A DNA stretch of 64,000 nucleotides from Paragordius varius (Eukaryota > Animalia > Nematomorpha). Below, one piece after another: positions 27,998 to 40,700 of this stretch. The notes beneath the pieces are model-generated. The model was not told the DNA's origin. It ran no database searches and was given only the letters and a program-made list of their open reading frames with translations. The stretch's first letter is position 1. Each line of letters starts with the position of its first letter. The position numbers and the translations under genes are program-made. The stretch covers positions 2,170,001 to 2,234,000 of the forward strand of contig OZ176058.1 in assembly GCA_964247055.1 (NCBI GenBank). Direction: 5' to 3'.

Positions 27998-28128
27998 CAG
28001 TAAAAACTGAAATTATACTATAGACAAAAGGTAAAAATATAAAGACAAAATTTGTTGCTAACAACCATACTTTTAAAATTTTGATTTAATTCAATATAAT
28101 TCATTGTTTTAAATGGCAAAGTGTAAAT

Positions 28129-28164
<36 letters not shown>

Positions 28165-28277
28165 ATATACATCAATTCTTCATTTTAAAATTGTAACTAA
28201 ATAGATTATATGGGAAAAATTAAGGTTTTAAAAAGTATGATTGTTCTTTTTGTCCATATAATTTTGATTTTTACTCG
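27998..28277. mobile_element. MITE family B copy with an internal (TA)n tract
   Basis: TA-CAGTAAAAACTGAAATTATAC.. left arm and a degenerate right arm ..tgtccatataattttgatttttactcg. Confidence 0.6.
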
Positions 28278-28474
28278 AAAATTTTCTTTTCAATTTATTT
28301 GTAACAATTTTTTCCAGCCCACCACGTTTCAAAGTCATTGATATATATCTTAGATCACCTTTCTTTATTGTCAAACTCTCTGAAAAATCATAGATTTGAC
28401 TAATTTGATATTGATTCGAGCAAAGTTGACTAGGTTCAAGAAAACGTGGCAGATATAGCGAACCTACCCTTAAA

Positions 28475-28760
28475 TTTAAGCTAATAAATGTTAATTAAAA
28501 TTCATGCTTTATAGACCTTAGAAAAAAGTGTTTTTTTGGTTACCATAATAATGCCTAAAATTTTAAGCTAACAAATGTTAATTAAAATTCTTGCTTTAGT
28601 GTAGACATTAGTCTAAAAAAGTCGTTTTATATTATTGTTGCCATAGTGATTAAAACTTTAAGTGCTAATATATGTTACTTAAACTGCTTTATTTAGACAT
28701 TAGGGTAAAAAAAGTGTTTTTATTTTGTTGTTACCATAGTGATGCCTAAAACTTTAAGGG
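28475..28760. repeat. Three degenerate tandem copies of a ~90-bp unit
   Basis: Recurring ..tagacattag..aaaaaagtg..ttaccatagtgatgcctaaaactttaag.. Confidence 0.55.
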
Positions 28761-28830
28761 TAAGAATTGGTTTTAAAATTAAAGGGAGATGATATTGTAA
28801 AAATTAAAAGAAAAGTTTTATTAAAGATAA

Positions 28831-28874
<44 letters not shown>

Positions 28875-29647
28875 TCTTTTAAACCCTAATTTTTTAAGAA
28901 TTTCGAAATATTGAGAGTGTTACCGATATATATCTTTACTTATTTTACAATATGAAGCAATGATTTATATTTGAAAATATCAATGTTTAATTTATATGAT
29001 CTTTTTAAGAAATTGTCTTAATTTTAAAAATTTAATATTTACTGTTTTAGTTTAAATATAAATTTGTTATTGCCAGAGTAATGCCTAAAATTTAGATTTA
29101 ATATTTAACTGATTTAATTTACAGTACCATATGGTTAAATATAATAAATGGTTAAAATTTAAAATTTTTCCCATGTTATAAGGTTACACTTGTTCATTTT
29201 ATTTAGGACAAAGTTATCATTATAACATACTCTACTGTATGGCATATAATCAAAAATATTTTTTTAAAACCATATTATCTTATGGTTTTTTTGGAAACCT
29301 ATTTTGCAGTAAATATGTTATTCTGCCAAAAAAATTAAAAAGACACCAAAACAGGATTTAAGTTTAAAAAATTTATTACTTTTTTGATATTACCATTTTA
29401 TATTTGTTATATAAATATAAAACTTTTTAAATTTTTTACCATTTTTTATAAAAAAAGCGAAATTCTAAAAATGTTTGGAAAATTTTTCGATTCCCTGTTC
29501 CTTTTATCAATGCTCTTACTTATGTGCTTTATGCCATTGTATCATACGAATGGTAATTTTAATATTAAAACTTTGTAAAAAAAAATTTTAAACATTTTGA
29601 TCAAAAATTAGAAATTTAAAAAATTGGTTTCACATTAATTTTCAGTA

Positions 29648-30254
29648 CAGTAAAAATTAGAATCCTACGTACAAAATGTAAGAACTAAAAACTAAAGTTT
29701 TTTCCAAAACAAACCATACTTTTTAAAGAAACCTTAATTTCAATAACTAATCGTGGGTTGCAAAATAGAGATGAAATTGATAAAACACCTATTTATAATT
29801 CCAATATTGTATTTATTATAGAGTTTATGTAAGAAAAATCATTAAAAATATGGCTTATGACAAAAAGATATTTTTCTTTTAGATTTTACGTTTTATCCGT
29901 ATAATTCCAATTTTCACTGTTATATTTTGGAATTAAAAATGAAATATGTTATATAGATTAAATTAAAAATATACAGTAAAAATTAAAATTATACGGTAAA
30001 AACGTATAAATATAAAGTCAAATTTTTCTAAATGAAAATGGATACTGTTTATATTTTGATTTTTTTGAATATAACTCCTAGTATTAATTGAATTGTAAAT
30101 TATAAAATAGAGATATAATTTGAATCAATTATTTATTTGACAATTGCTATTAAATGATTTTTATAAGATAAATCAAGGTTTTAAAAAGTATGTTTGTCTT
30201 TTGAAAAAAAAATATCTTTTTTTACTTTTGTCCGTATGATTTCAATTTTTACTG
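29648..30254. mobile_element. Two adjacent MITE-B copies (29648-29919 and 29974-30254)
   Basis: Both start TA-CAGTAAAAATT and end ..CCGTAT(A/G)ATT.CAATTTT.ACTG. Confidence 0.72.
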
Positions 30255-30335
30255 TAAATTTTCTTTAGAAACTATATTTTTTAAATTTTATTTTGTTAAA
30301 TATAATTTTAATTTTACTGTACATATGTGTTTTAG

Positions 30336-30425
30336 AATGTCCACCAAACCATACGCCAGTTGTGTTAACAAAAAAGCAATGTTCTGGAGAGGGGTGTACT
30401 TACATTTTTTGTGCCCCACATGCTG
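30336..30425 (+). other. Candidate isolated Cys-rich coding exon (phase 1-1, 90 nt)
   Basis: ttttag|AA TGT CCA..GCT G|gttaaa encodes (E)CPPNHTPVVLTKKQCSGEGCTYIFCAPHA(G). It forms a local GC island. Confidence 0.35.
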
Positions 30426-30696
30426 GTTAAATAACGCTTAAATTTAAGCCAAAAAATTTATAAAAAATTTAATTTATGTCCAGATTATTGACACTCTTGG
30501 AAATTCATATGTGATCTAAAAAAATATTTAAATAAATTTATTGATGATTATTCGAAAAATATATGGTTTGTGAACATTAAATATCATTTAAATATCGCAA
30601 GAAACTTTATATTCTCACCAGATATGGTACAATGCGTTTCAATAGAATATGATTTTACTTAATAATATGCGATTTTACCATTTTTTGACGGTTTAA

Positions 30697-31239
30697 CACT
30701 TGGATACAACTCATTCATTTTAGTCCTTTGATTCAATTTGCGATAGTTAAAAACCCCAGGCTTATTTGAAATTGAATTCTTTAAAAAACATGGAAGGAAT
30801 CGAAGGCAAAATTTTGCACATATATAACATTAATAAACCGTAATATATAAAAATTTTATTGAAAAATACATGATATTACTTATTTTAAGCTAAAACCGAA
30901 AGGTAAAAATTTGTTTAACGTGACATGTGTGCAATGGTAAAAATGAAAAATACTGCAAAATAACCCGCTGTTTCTATTTCTATCAATGTTAGAGGTAATT
31001 TAAATAAAAAATTAGCTTTAAATTTACCCTAAAAATTACATGAAGACTTTGCAAATATATTGCAAAATAAAAATGGCGTCGAAGTAGTTTGACATGTAAC
31101 TTTTTTTAAAAAAAAATTTTATTTAGATATTTTGTCATATTTAAATAAATTTTATTAGGATAGAAGCATATATTTAAATCGGGACCGTTTCCTCAAATTT
31201 AGACTGAGGTATTTAGATACCCCTATTTGAATCGAAGTG
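30697..31239. mobile_element. piggyBac-type MITE (TTAA-CAC..GTG-TTAA), 543 bp
   Basis: TTAA|CACTTGGATAC.. and ..GAGGTATTTAGATACCCCTATTTGAATCGAAGTG|TTAA. Internal sequence is shared with 38784-39298 and, inverted, with 51720-52237. Confidence 0.7.
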
Positions 31240-32566
31240 TTAAGCACCTATTTGGATATGTCTATACCCCAATTCGATTTTAAATTTAACTCTCTTGAAA
31301 TAATCTCCAATATGGGGCCATATTTTGATGTTTTTTTGCAATTAGGCTAACTAAAAAAATTTTCATAAATATGTAAAATTGGTAAAAAATCTTCTATCAA
31401 CTTTTTTCCTTCAAAATATGTATCCTGAGATTAATTATAATTGAATTTAAATTTATAATAAAAATAATCATTTTTATACCATTTTATTTGACTCAAAGTT
31501 TTCCTTATTGGTATCAATTTTCCTTAATATTTGACGCCCCATTACCTTTTGGGGTAATTTTATACCTGAATTAAACCTTTTACACTCATTATAAATTTTT
31601 TTAAAATCGGTAAAGCAAAATGCAAATGAATGAGTTTAAAAAGCTTTCAGCCTATATATTACTAGCAAAAAATAATTAATTTTGATTTTCAGCTGTTCGT
31701 TTCCACCCTGTTTTGGATGACATTACATGAGCACAATGTTTGACAAATAAATTTTATTAGAATATCGTTTCAAATTGTATTTACAAAATTGATTGTTGAA
31801 TAAAACTTTTTCCCATATGTAAACTGGGCTATAAAGGTGAAAACGTATCATTAGATAGTGGATATGACAAAACTGTTAAATTTAATTATTATATTTAAAG
31901 TGATATACTCTTTATGTATATAATATCAAAATTTTATTATGGACCAAAAATCTAAAAAGTATTACCTGCAAAAAAGTTAAAACGAAATAAATGTGTGTAG
32001 GCAATTTTTTAATTACAAATATTGTTTCGTTTTATTTTATTTACCTTTGGGTCATGCTAAACTGGAAACATATTTAACAAAGAGTAGTAACAAGGGTACT
32101 AAGTATTATTAGCCATTAATTAATATGGAAAGACAATTAAATTACTCCTTAATTTATACATTTACAATTATTTAAAGTATATATGGATCATTTGTATAAT
32201 ATTGGTTATCACATCGTCAATTTTTTAAGTAAGGTTAAACTAACAAAACCTAGTATCTGTGATTAACGAATTACATAAAAGCTTGTAACCAATTTAAAGG
32301 TTGATTATACTATCCTAGCATACCAGCAAAGTAAATTCCTAAAAGCTTAGCTATAATATAGCTTTCAAAATAAAAGATTGAGTATGAAATTTATTAAAAA
32401 AATTTATCTTAATTATACTTATATCGCCATAAATTTCTCTAAAGCTTTAATAAATATATAAATATTAGAATAGTTATTAAAAGTTTAATTATATGAAACC
32501 CAATATATAGATATATATTTTGGTAAAAAGCGTTATTTTATAATTGTAACATCTGTATCACATAAT

Positions 32567-33134
32567 ATGGCTAAAAAAGTCGTCAAAAAAATTCGCACGC
32601 CTAAAAAGGCATCCAAAAAAACTAGCTCAATACAAATCATTGACACTTCCTCCGATACGCAAAGAGGTGTAATATATGTTGGACATTTACCTTTTGGATT
32701 TTTTGAACAAGAAATTCGCTCATACTTTGATCAATTTGGAAAAGTTACGAAAGTTCGCGTGGCCAGGAGTATTAAGGTATTTATTTAAAAATAATTGATA
32801 GTCCGGACGAGATAAAGGTTATGCTTTTGTAGAATTTGAAGATGAACAAGTTGCTAAAGTCGCAGCTGAAACCATGAATAATTATATTATGTTTGACAAA
32901 ATTTTGAAGTGTCACCTAATGCCAACCGATAAAATTCACCCTAAATTATTTGTCGGACATAATAGATCATTTAAGGTCAGACCTAAATACCTAAACATTA
33001 AAAATGCGCATAATAAACCCAAAACTATTGCACAAATTGAGAAAAATAAATTGCGATCATTGCAGAAACTCAAAAAAACTAACAAATCCCTATCCAATCT
33101 TGGTTTTGCATATGATTTTGAAATAATCCAATAA
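32567..33134 (+). CDS. NIFK: NIFK/Nop15-like nucleolar RRM protein, 180 aa, one 25-nt intron
   Basis: join(32567-32776,32802-33134). Intron gtatttatttaaaaataattgatag joins ..RVARSIK to [40 protein letters not shown] in frame. RNP2 [14 protein letters not shown] and RNP1 KGYAFVEF with the NIFK/Nop15-type continuation. Confidence 0.9.
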
Positions 33135-33663
33135 ATATATATATTATTCCATCTCTTAATTATAATATCCAATCAAAGAAACTTTAGAATTTATTTACAT
33201 ATATAGCGCTACTTAATTAATATTTTGATTAAAATTTTTTAAAGCTTATGTTTACTTACATATTGGCTCAAAAAACTAATGATATACTTCACCCGAGATT
33301 GTACTCTTGAACTTTTCGGATTCACCCCTTATTTCAATTCACTCTAAAATAAAATTATTTTTTAGGCTAATATATTCATTATTGATATAAAATATATTTC
33401 GTGGAATAGTTGAATTTATTTTATACTGTTAACGGAATTTTATATTTTCAAATTATAGGATATTTTTTCATATTTAATAACACAATTTATTTCAAGGTGA
33501 TTTTGAAATATTTAAGGGGCGAGTTAAAATTTAAAAGATTTATAGATGATTCCTGATTTTTAGCTTAAAAAATGGCGGCAATTAGATTAAAATAAGAATT
33601 TTATTAAAATTTTGTAATTAAAAACTTTTTAATCATCAAACAACACGCAAAAAACTTTTATTA

Positions 33664-33950
33664 CAGAACTGAAATTATACGGACAAACGTAAAAATATAA
33701 ATACAAATATTTTTATCTAAAAGACAACCATACTTTTTAAAACCTTATTTTTTTCATATAGGCCATATAGTTACAATTGTAAAATATAGAATTGATTGTG
33801 TTAGTAATAAATATTCTTTTTCATACTTTGTCACTTAAAACAATGAGTTATAATTTGAATAAATCAAGATTTAAAAAGTATGGCTGTCTTTTGGAAAAAA
33901 ATATTGTTTTTATATTTTTACGTTTTATCCGTATAATTTCAGTTTTACTG
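33664..33950. mobile_element. MITE family B, complete copy
   Basis: TA-CAG..CTG-TA, ~95-bp TIRs and the conserved internal core (tagttacaattgtaaaatatagaattgattgtgttagt..cacttaaaacaatgagttat). Confidence 0.8.
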
Positions 33951-34569
33951 TAAAAACAATGTTTTTTAGCTTATATTTTTTATATATTGTTTTGGGTAGT
34001 AAGAAGAATGTAGAGATGTATATTGGTAACAAAATTTATTTTTTTCAAAGACAACCATATTTTTTACCTTAATTTTTCCTATAAAATTCATTTCAATTAC
34101 AATCATAAAATACGTATTGTTTTACCAATATACATCTCTATTATGTAGTTTGCAATTTATAACAATGAATTATATTCTAAAATCAAGATTTATAAAGTAT
34201 GGTTGCAGAAAAAGATATTTGTCTTTATATTTTAACATTTTGCCCGTATAATTTCAATTTTTGTGTATATATTGGTAACACAATTTATATTTACAGCTAA
34301 AATTATTTAAGTTATACGAAAACACTCGGATCAAAAAATTCATTTTTTAAAAAATTAATCTAATATTTACGTTTTGTCTTTATATTTAGTTATCAAATTT
34401 TTGTTTTCAAAATCTTTAAACTTGTCCACAATTAGTGGTTTCGGACTGAAATCACAATTTATTTGAATAAAACATTTTTAAAAATCTGCTATTGCATCCT
34501 CTATATATTCAACAAAATTTTAGACGTTTTTGACAAACTAATTTTATTATGAATTTATGTATATTATCT

Positions 34570-34807
34570 ACCATTTACAATTTAACTTTACCCTAAAAAT
34601 AATTTATGTGTTTTCGAGCTAATATAACTCATTATTAATATAAAATATATCTTTATAGCTATGTTTATTTATTTTTCAGTATATTTTAATTTTAAGACAA
34701 ATTTTCATTTTATAAAAATATAATAATATAGGTAGTTTTTGATTTTAAAAAACACATAATGTATTGAGTGGATTTGAATTTTTTCGACGGTGAATTGATT
34801 TTAAATG

Positions 34808-34808
<1 letters not shown>
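34570..34808. mobile_element. MITE family A copy followed by (TA)n
   Basis: ctaccatttacaatttaactttaccctaaaaataatttatgtgttttcgagctaa..ggtgaattgattttaaatga. Confidence 0.6.
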
Positions 34809-34854
<46 letters not shown>

Positions 34855-36712
34855 GTGCACGATTTTAAACTTATAGTTTTGCTAATTCCAATTTTTGGAG
34901 ACTACTCACCAGTTGTCTAAACATGAAAGAAATTGGTGGTGACGTTTAAGGAAAAAAAACTAAAAACTGATTGTGAGCATAGCGCTACTTTTCAAAATTT
35001 TTATAAATTTTGGTTATCTGTGAATCAAAATGGCAAAAACTTTGCAAATCAATTAAAAACTACATATAGCTGCTTGTGTTTTAGTTAAACGCAAAAATCC
35101 GATGTTAAATAGCTACAACAAAACATAAAAATATAAATTAAGCATCAGTTCTTTTTGAAATAGATTTGAACATTAGTGTCTTTTTATATCGACAAAGTGT
35201 GCTCGGTTTTTGAGGCGGACAAATAAAATCCAAGCATTTTAATTAAATTTTTTAGCAAAATACCATAGTATCTACGCTTTTTTTAAATCTGTAAAAACTA
35301 AAATCATGGTGTTATTTAAATGAGAAGCATTTATTTTTTGCTTTTTATCTCAATCCCTAAAATTCCCATATTAAACGCCCCAAATATAACATTCTACGGA
35401 ATTTTATTAAATACTTTTAATTATATTTCCAAATTTAAAATTTTTACAATTTTGACGCTTTACTTAATAAATTTGGAAAGAAGCATATAAGAGATGTAAT
35501 TTACCATAATCTTTTGATTGTAAGTTTGGTAATTAAATTATAAATAAAAATTTCGAAACTTAAACACCAAGGCTGACTCTTAAAAATCAAATATATTATT
35601 TCCATTTTATGTGTAATCTTTTAAAATATGTCTTCTTTTACAATTTGCCTATACAATTTCTTAAATTTTATTAATTGGTTTATCGCACTATTTAAAATGA
35701 TTTTAAGAATAGTTTCGATTTAAGGATGCCACCTCATATCCCTATATCCAATTTTATTCACGTATAAAATTTAAACTATAAATAACTAATAAAGTGGGGT
35801 TTTTATGGTATAAACAAACATATCATATTCTTAACTAATTAAACGGAAGCCAAAAAATTTTAACTATAAATATTTCCGTATTTATATTACCTTAAAAATA
35901 TAATTCTAAATATTTTATATGAAAAATGAAATTAGGTAAATAATAGTTAAAAAATAATATATGTTCCACTAATCATATTATTTTTTCTTATACCAATAGC
36001 ATACCCTTTACAACCAATATTATTGATAGTAAAATTACAGGTAATAAAAAAGGTATGATTGGAATGTTAAAAATTTTACTGTATTTATTAAAATTTGCAC
36101 CTGCGAACTCTCTAAAACAAGCTTCAATAAAAATATTTATTTATTACTAATAAAATAAAACGTTACCTCTTAAAAAATCAATAAAAAAATCTTTTAGAAA
36201 ATATAAATAGTAAAATATTTATTGGGTAAAGGATATAATAAGACTAGATACCTTTAATTTATTTTCACATTTTTTCACATGTTGTTTCATTGTAATATAA
36301 ATATATATTAAAATTATATATTATGAAAAATGTAAAAATTGAAATTATACAGACAAAATGTAAAAATTAACAGAAAAATATTTTTTAAATGCTTTCAACA
36401 TGTACAATTTTAAATTATATATTTGGTGTAATACCAAATTATACATATCTATTTTTTGACCAAACGATATTTTCATAAAAATCACAATTTAAAACATATG
36501 GTTGCGTTTAGGAAAAAATATTTTTCTTTGATTATTACGTTTTGTCCGTATAATTTAAATTATAACTGTAAAAATGAAAAATCACATAGTGTGTGAGAAA
36601 TAGGTGTAAAATAATTAAATCAGATAAAATTATGTTGATTAGATCAATTCGAATATAAATATTTCCCTTATATAATTATATAAATATATTTTTGTAATAA
36701 TTTTTAAAATGC

Positions 36713-37683
36713 CTAAAATTTGGTTAATTCTTGAATTTCCCGTACCACCCTTTTCCATTCGCTATCAATGTCTTCTTTTTTATCGAATATATCATTATTT
36801 AAAGTAAAAGTTTGACTTGTCGTATACGTTGTTTTTTGAGGTGAATTCATATTTTTTGTAAACTTTTCTGGTTGTGTTACAAAAGTTGATGATATTGAAT
36901 CTATACGAGACGCTACGGAAAAAGGTGAAGTGTTTTTGGCGCTGTGCACGTGATCGCACGTCACGAGGTCTGAATCGAAATCATTTGTGGTTTGATTTGT
37001 TAGATTATGGTTTAAAGGTGTAGAAGTTTTTATTGGTTGTGAAGGAGTATTATCTTGTACGAAATATTTGCTTTTGTTTTTACTTGAACGCAATAAATGT
37101 GGTGATATCATAGGGAGAGGAGATTTAACCATAATATTTTGGGGTGTGTGGTTGTTTTGTTCATGGACTTTCAGTATCTTTATGAAAATAAAATGTAATT
37201 TAAATCAAATCATACAGACAAATTGTTTAAACCAAAAGACAATATTTTTTGAAAAAGCAACCATATTTTTTAAATCAAACTTATCGTTTTGGGTTGAGAA
37301 ACCAAACATATAGATACAAAAGTAAGTATCGCTATTTTTTTTAAAAAAAATTGTCTTCTTTTGATTTTATGTTCTGTATAAATAAAGCCTACCGTTTTTT
37401 GCAAACTTTAAATATATTTTAAAAATAAAAATTAATAATAATTTATATAAAACTTTAATATTTTGCAATAGAGAGGAAAATATATTTATTTATTTTATAG
37501 CCAGGGTTGAGTTTTATCCACTTAAAAATTTTAACCGTCTGCTCATATAAAATGAGATTAAAAAGAGAAGCATAAACAAAACAATAAATTGTTGAAAAGA
37601 GAGATTTACTTTTGTTAAATTTAGAATAAATTTATCATTTGGGTTTTGAAAATTGGAATGAGTTGTAAATTGGCAATGCTCAG

Positions 37684-37736
<53 letters not shown>

Positions 37737-40700
37737 TGAAATTGCCTTATGGAAAAATAAGGTTTAAAAAGTAGGGTTGTCTTTTCAAAATAAAATAGCT
37801 TTTAGTTTTAACGTTTTGCCTATATTTCAATTTTTACTGTATAAGCACACCACAGTCTCAATCATGATGTCTTTATAACTAGTCAGACTCTAATTTTACA
37901 CACTTAAATATTCGAAAATGTTTTTAACCAATTTAAAAAAAACCATAATGAAATTAATCTGTTCTCAAAAAATAAATCCGGATAAACTTTTTCTATTATA
38001 AACCCAGTCGAATAAAAATTCAAAAAAACTAACAAATTCTTATTCTAGAATCAAAAAATATAAAATTAAAAAATTTAACAATTAGATTAAACCCAAAAGA
38101 AATAAAAAAATTTCTTATAAAGTCAAACCAAATTAGGCCCTCCTTGACCGCCACCATTATGAGAGAAGGGTGATCGATATTTTGATGCCGAAAGATTGAT
38201 ATCATAACTCCTTCGACTGGCTCGCCAAATTTCAGGTTCTTGGAAAAAATTATTAGTAATAGTTATCGGAGGAAGTTTATTTTTATGAATCCTGGCTGAA
38301 ATTGAATAAAAATCATTTTTATAGTTATTAAAATTGGGGTGTTGGTATTGTTGTTGATTAAATTGTTGAGATTGCCTCATCAAACAATCAAAACTTCCTC
38401 GTCGCGGGTAATTAACGTATCGTAAGCTATTGACTTCATTTTTTATAATAAGGTTGTTGTTATTTGGATTGCCATACAATCGACTAAAAAAGATATAAAA
38501 ATAATATTGATAATCAGAGAGAAGTATACAGTAGACCCCCTCAAAATGGATTTATTTTCAAATTTAAATTATTCCATGCTAATATAAGTGACTAATTTTC
38601 ATGTCAAATTTCTTTAAAGTTAACCGCAAAGCTACTAAAATGTTTAATCAAAAAGTATTTACAAACTTTTTATTAACTATAAAAGTGATTACAGCAATGT
38701 GGGCTATTATTAAACATTTCGGAATCTTAATTGGCTAAAAAATTGAAAAATAGCAAATACATATCAAGACATATTTTAATTAACACTTGGATACAACACA
38801 TTAATTTTTGTTCTTCGATTCAAATTGGGGTAATTAGATACCCCAGGCTTGTTATAAAAATACTTCAAAAAAAGTGGAAGGAATTGAAACCTTGGCAAAA
38901 CTTTACGCTTATACATTAATGAACCGAAATATAATAAATTCATTCAAAAATACTCTTATTCAGAAGTAAAACTCAAAGGTAAAAAACAATCAACATGGCA
39001 TGTGTGCGTAAGCTAAATGCAAAAATTATGCAAAATATACATACCTATTTATCTGCTTTTATCAATGTTAAATGTGATTTAAATAAACTGTTGTTAAATA
39101 AAAATGGCGTTTAAGTAGTTTGGTACGGAACGTTTATTTTTTCCAAAACATTTATTTAGATATTTTGGCCTATTTATACAATTTTAATTAGGGTAGAAAA
39201 CATAAATTTTTAAAAAAAACGTTTCTTTCAGTATAGGTTGAAAATATCACTTTGAATATTGTCTGGGGTATTTAGATAACCCAATATAATCGAAGTTTTT
39301 AATATCAAACGGCCACTAATAGCTCTCCTTATTGTGTATTTCTATATTTCCCGAAATTATATAAAATTTAGTTTATGAACAAATATATTGATGGAAAATT
39401 AAAATTTTAAAAATTTTTGTTAGTTTAATAATTAAATTGTTAAATTTCCAGTATATTAAAATTTCAGAACATGCGCTCTGAATTAGTATTTAAATATTAA
39501 AACTTTTTGTTTATAAAACAAATCAAAATTCTTAAAACTTAATTTTTTTAATAAAATAATCGATGGTTTTGGGTTGCGAAACAATGAAAAGAGATATTAA
39601 TTGGTACACTCAATTTAGACAATTTCATAACTGTAATCTTTTAGCATTTATAGATAGTTTAGAAAGGTATGATTGTCTTTTGAAAAAATTGTAAATTTCA
39701 TGTTATGTCCCAAATTTTAATATTTATTTAATATACAAGATTGAGATTAATAAAGAATTAATATTAAAAAAGTTTGTTATTATAATAATAAATTTAAAAA
39801 ATGTGCAAAACAAGATAAATACTGAAAAATGTGCAAAACATGATAAAAAATTAAAATGATTGACATTGAATAATTCGTTTCATAGAAAGCTTGAGAAATT
39901 AATTAAGCAAAATCATTGGTTTTAAATAAATTTTTAGTTATTAAATAATATATAAAAAAAATATTAAATGCGAAAAATTTTGCCTAGAACTTAAAAACGC
40001 TTTAAAATAGCACAAATTACGTCGAAACTATTATAAAGAGAAAGTGTAGAAACACAAACTAAATCATCTGGGAAATGAAGGTTTGAAAAAGCATGATTGT
40101 TTCTTTTTTAGATTTTGTCTGTATATTATCAAGTTTTACTGTATTTATTAAAAATACCTTAGTCTTTGCAAAAAAATATAAGATTTTAAAGTTATAAGCT
40201 AACTTCATTTGTTGCCCTTTTTCATGTAATAATCTGAATCTAGCCAAATTCCAAATTTTTAAGTTTTGTTTTGCAAGTACAAAAAACGATTTTTACCAAA
40301 ACCAAAAGTTAAAAACTCTTTTCTAAATTAATAGTTAAATTCAAACTTTCAGGGCTAACCTTATTTGTTGCTTATTCTATGTATAATCATCCGAATCGAA
40401 CCAAAAATATTTTTAAATATCTTATCTGTTATACAGAGAGTGCAAAAATTGAAATCTACAAAAAGTTTTTTTCAATTTAAAATTTTTAATATCCAAGTTA
40501 AGTTTGTGCCATTTTCAAGTTAAATGTAAAATAACCAGACATCTTTGCAACAACTAACCAAAATTCAAATTTAATAAATAGTTTTATTTCAAAGGCTTTT
40601 CAATTTTTAACAACAATAAAGCTTTAAATGTTAATCTTTTTGCTATTTTTTGCAAAATTATGTTTTTAGCTTCAAGATTAAAAGTTTAACATTAAAAATC

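Noticed and set aside
38529-38550. TA-CAGTAGACCCCC pogo/Tigger-like terminus
   Set aside because: Only about 12 informative bases and no matching opposite end.
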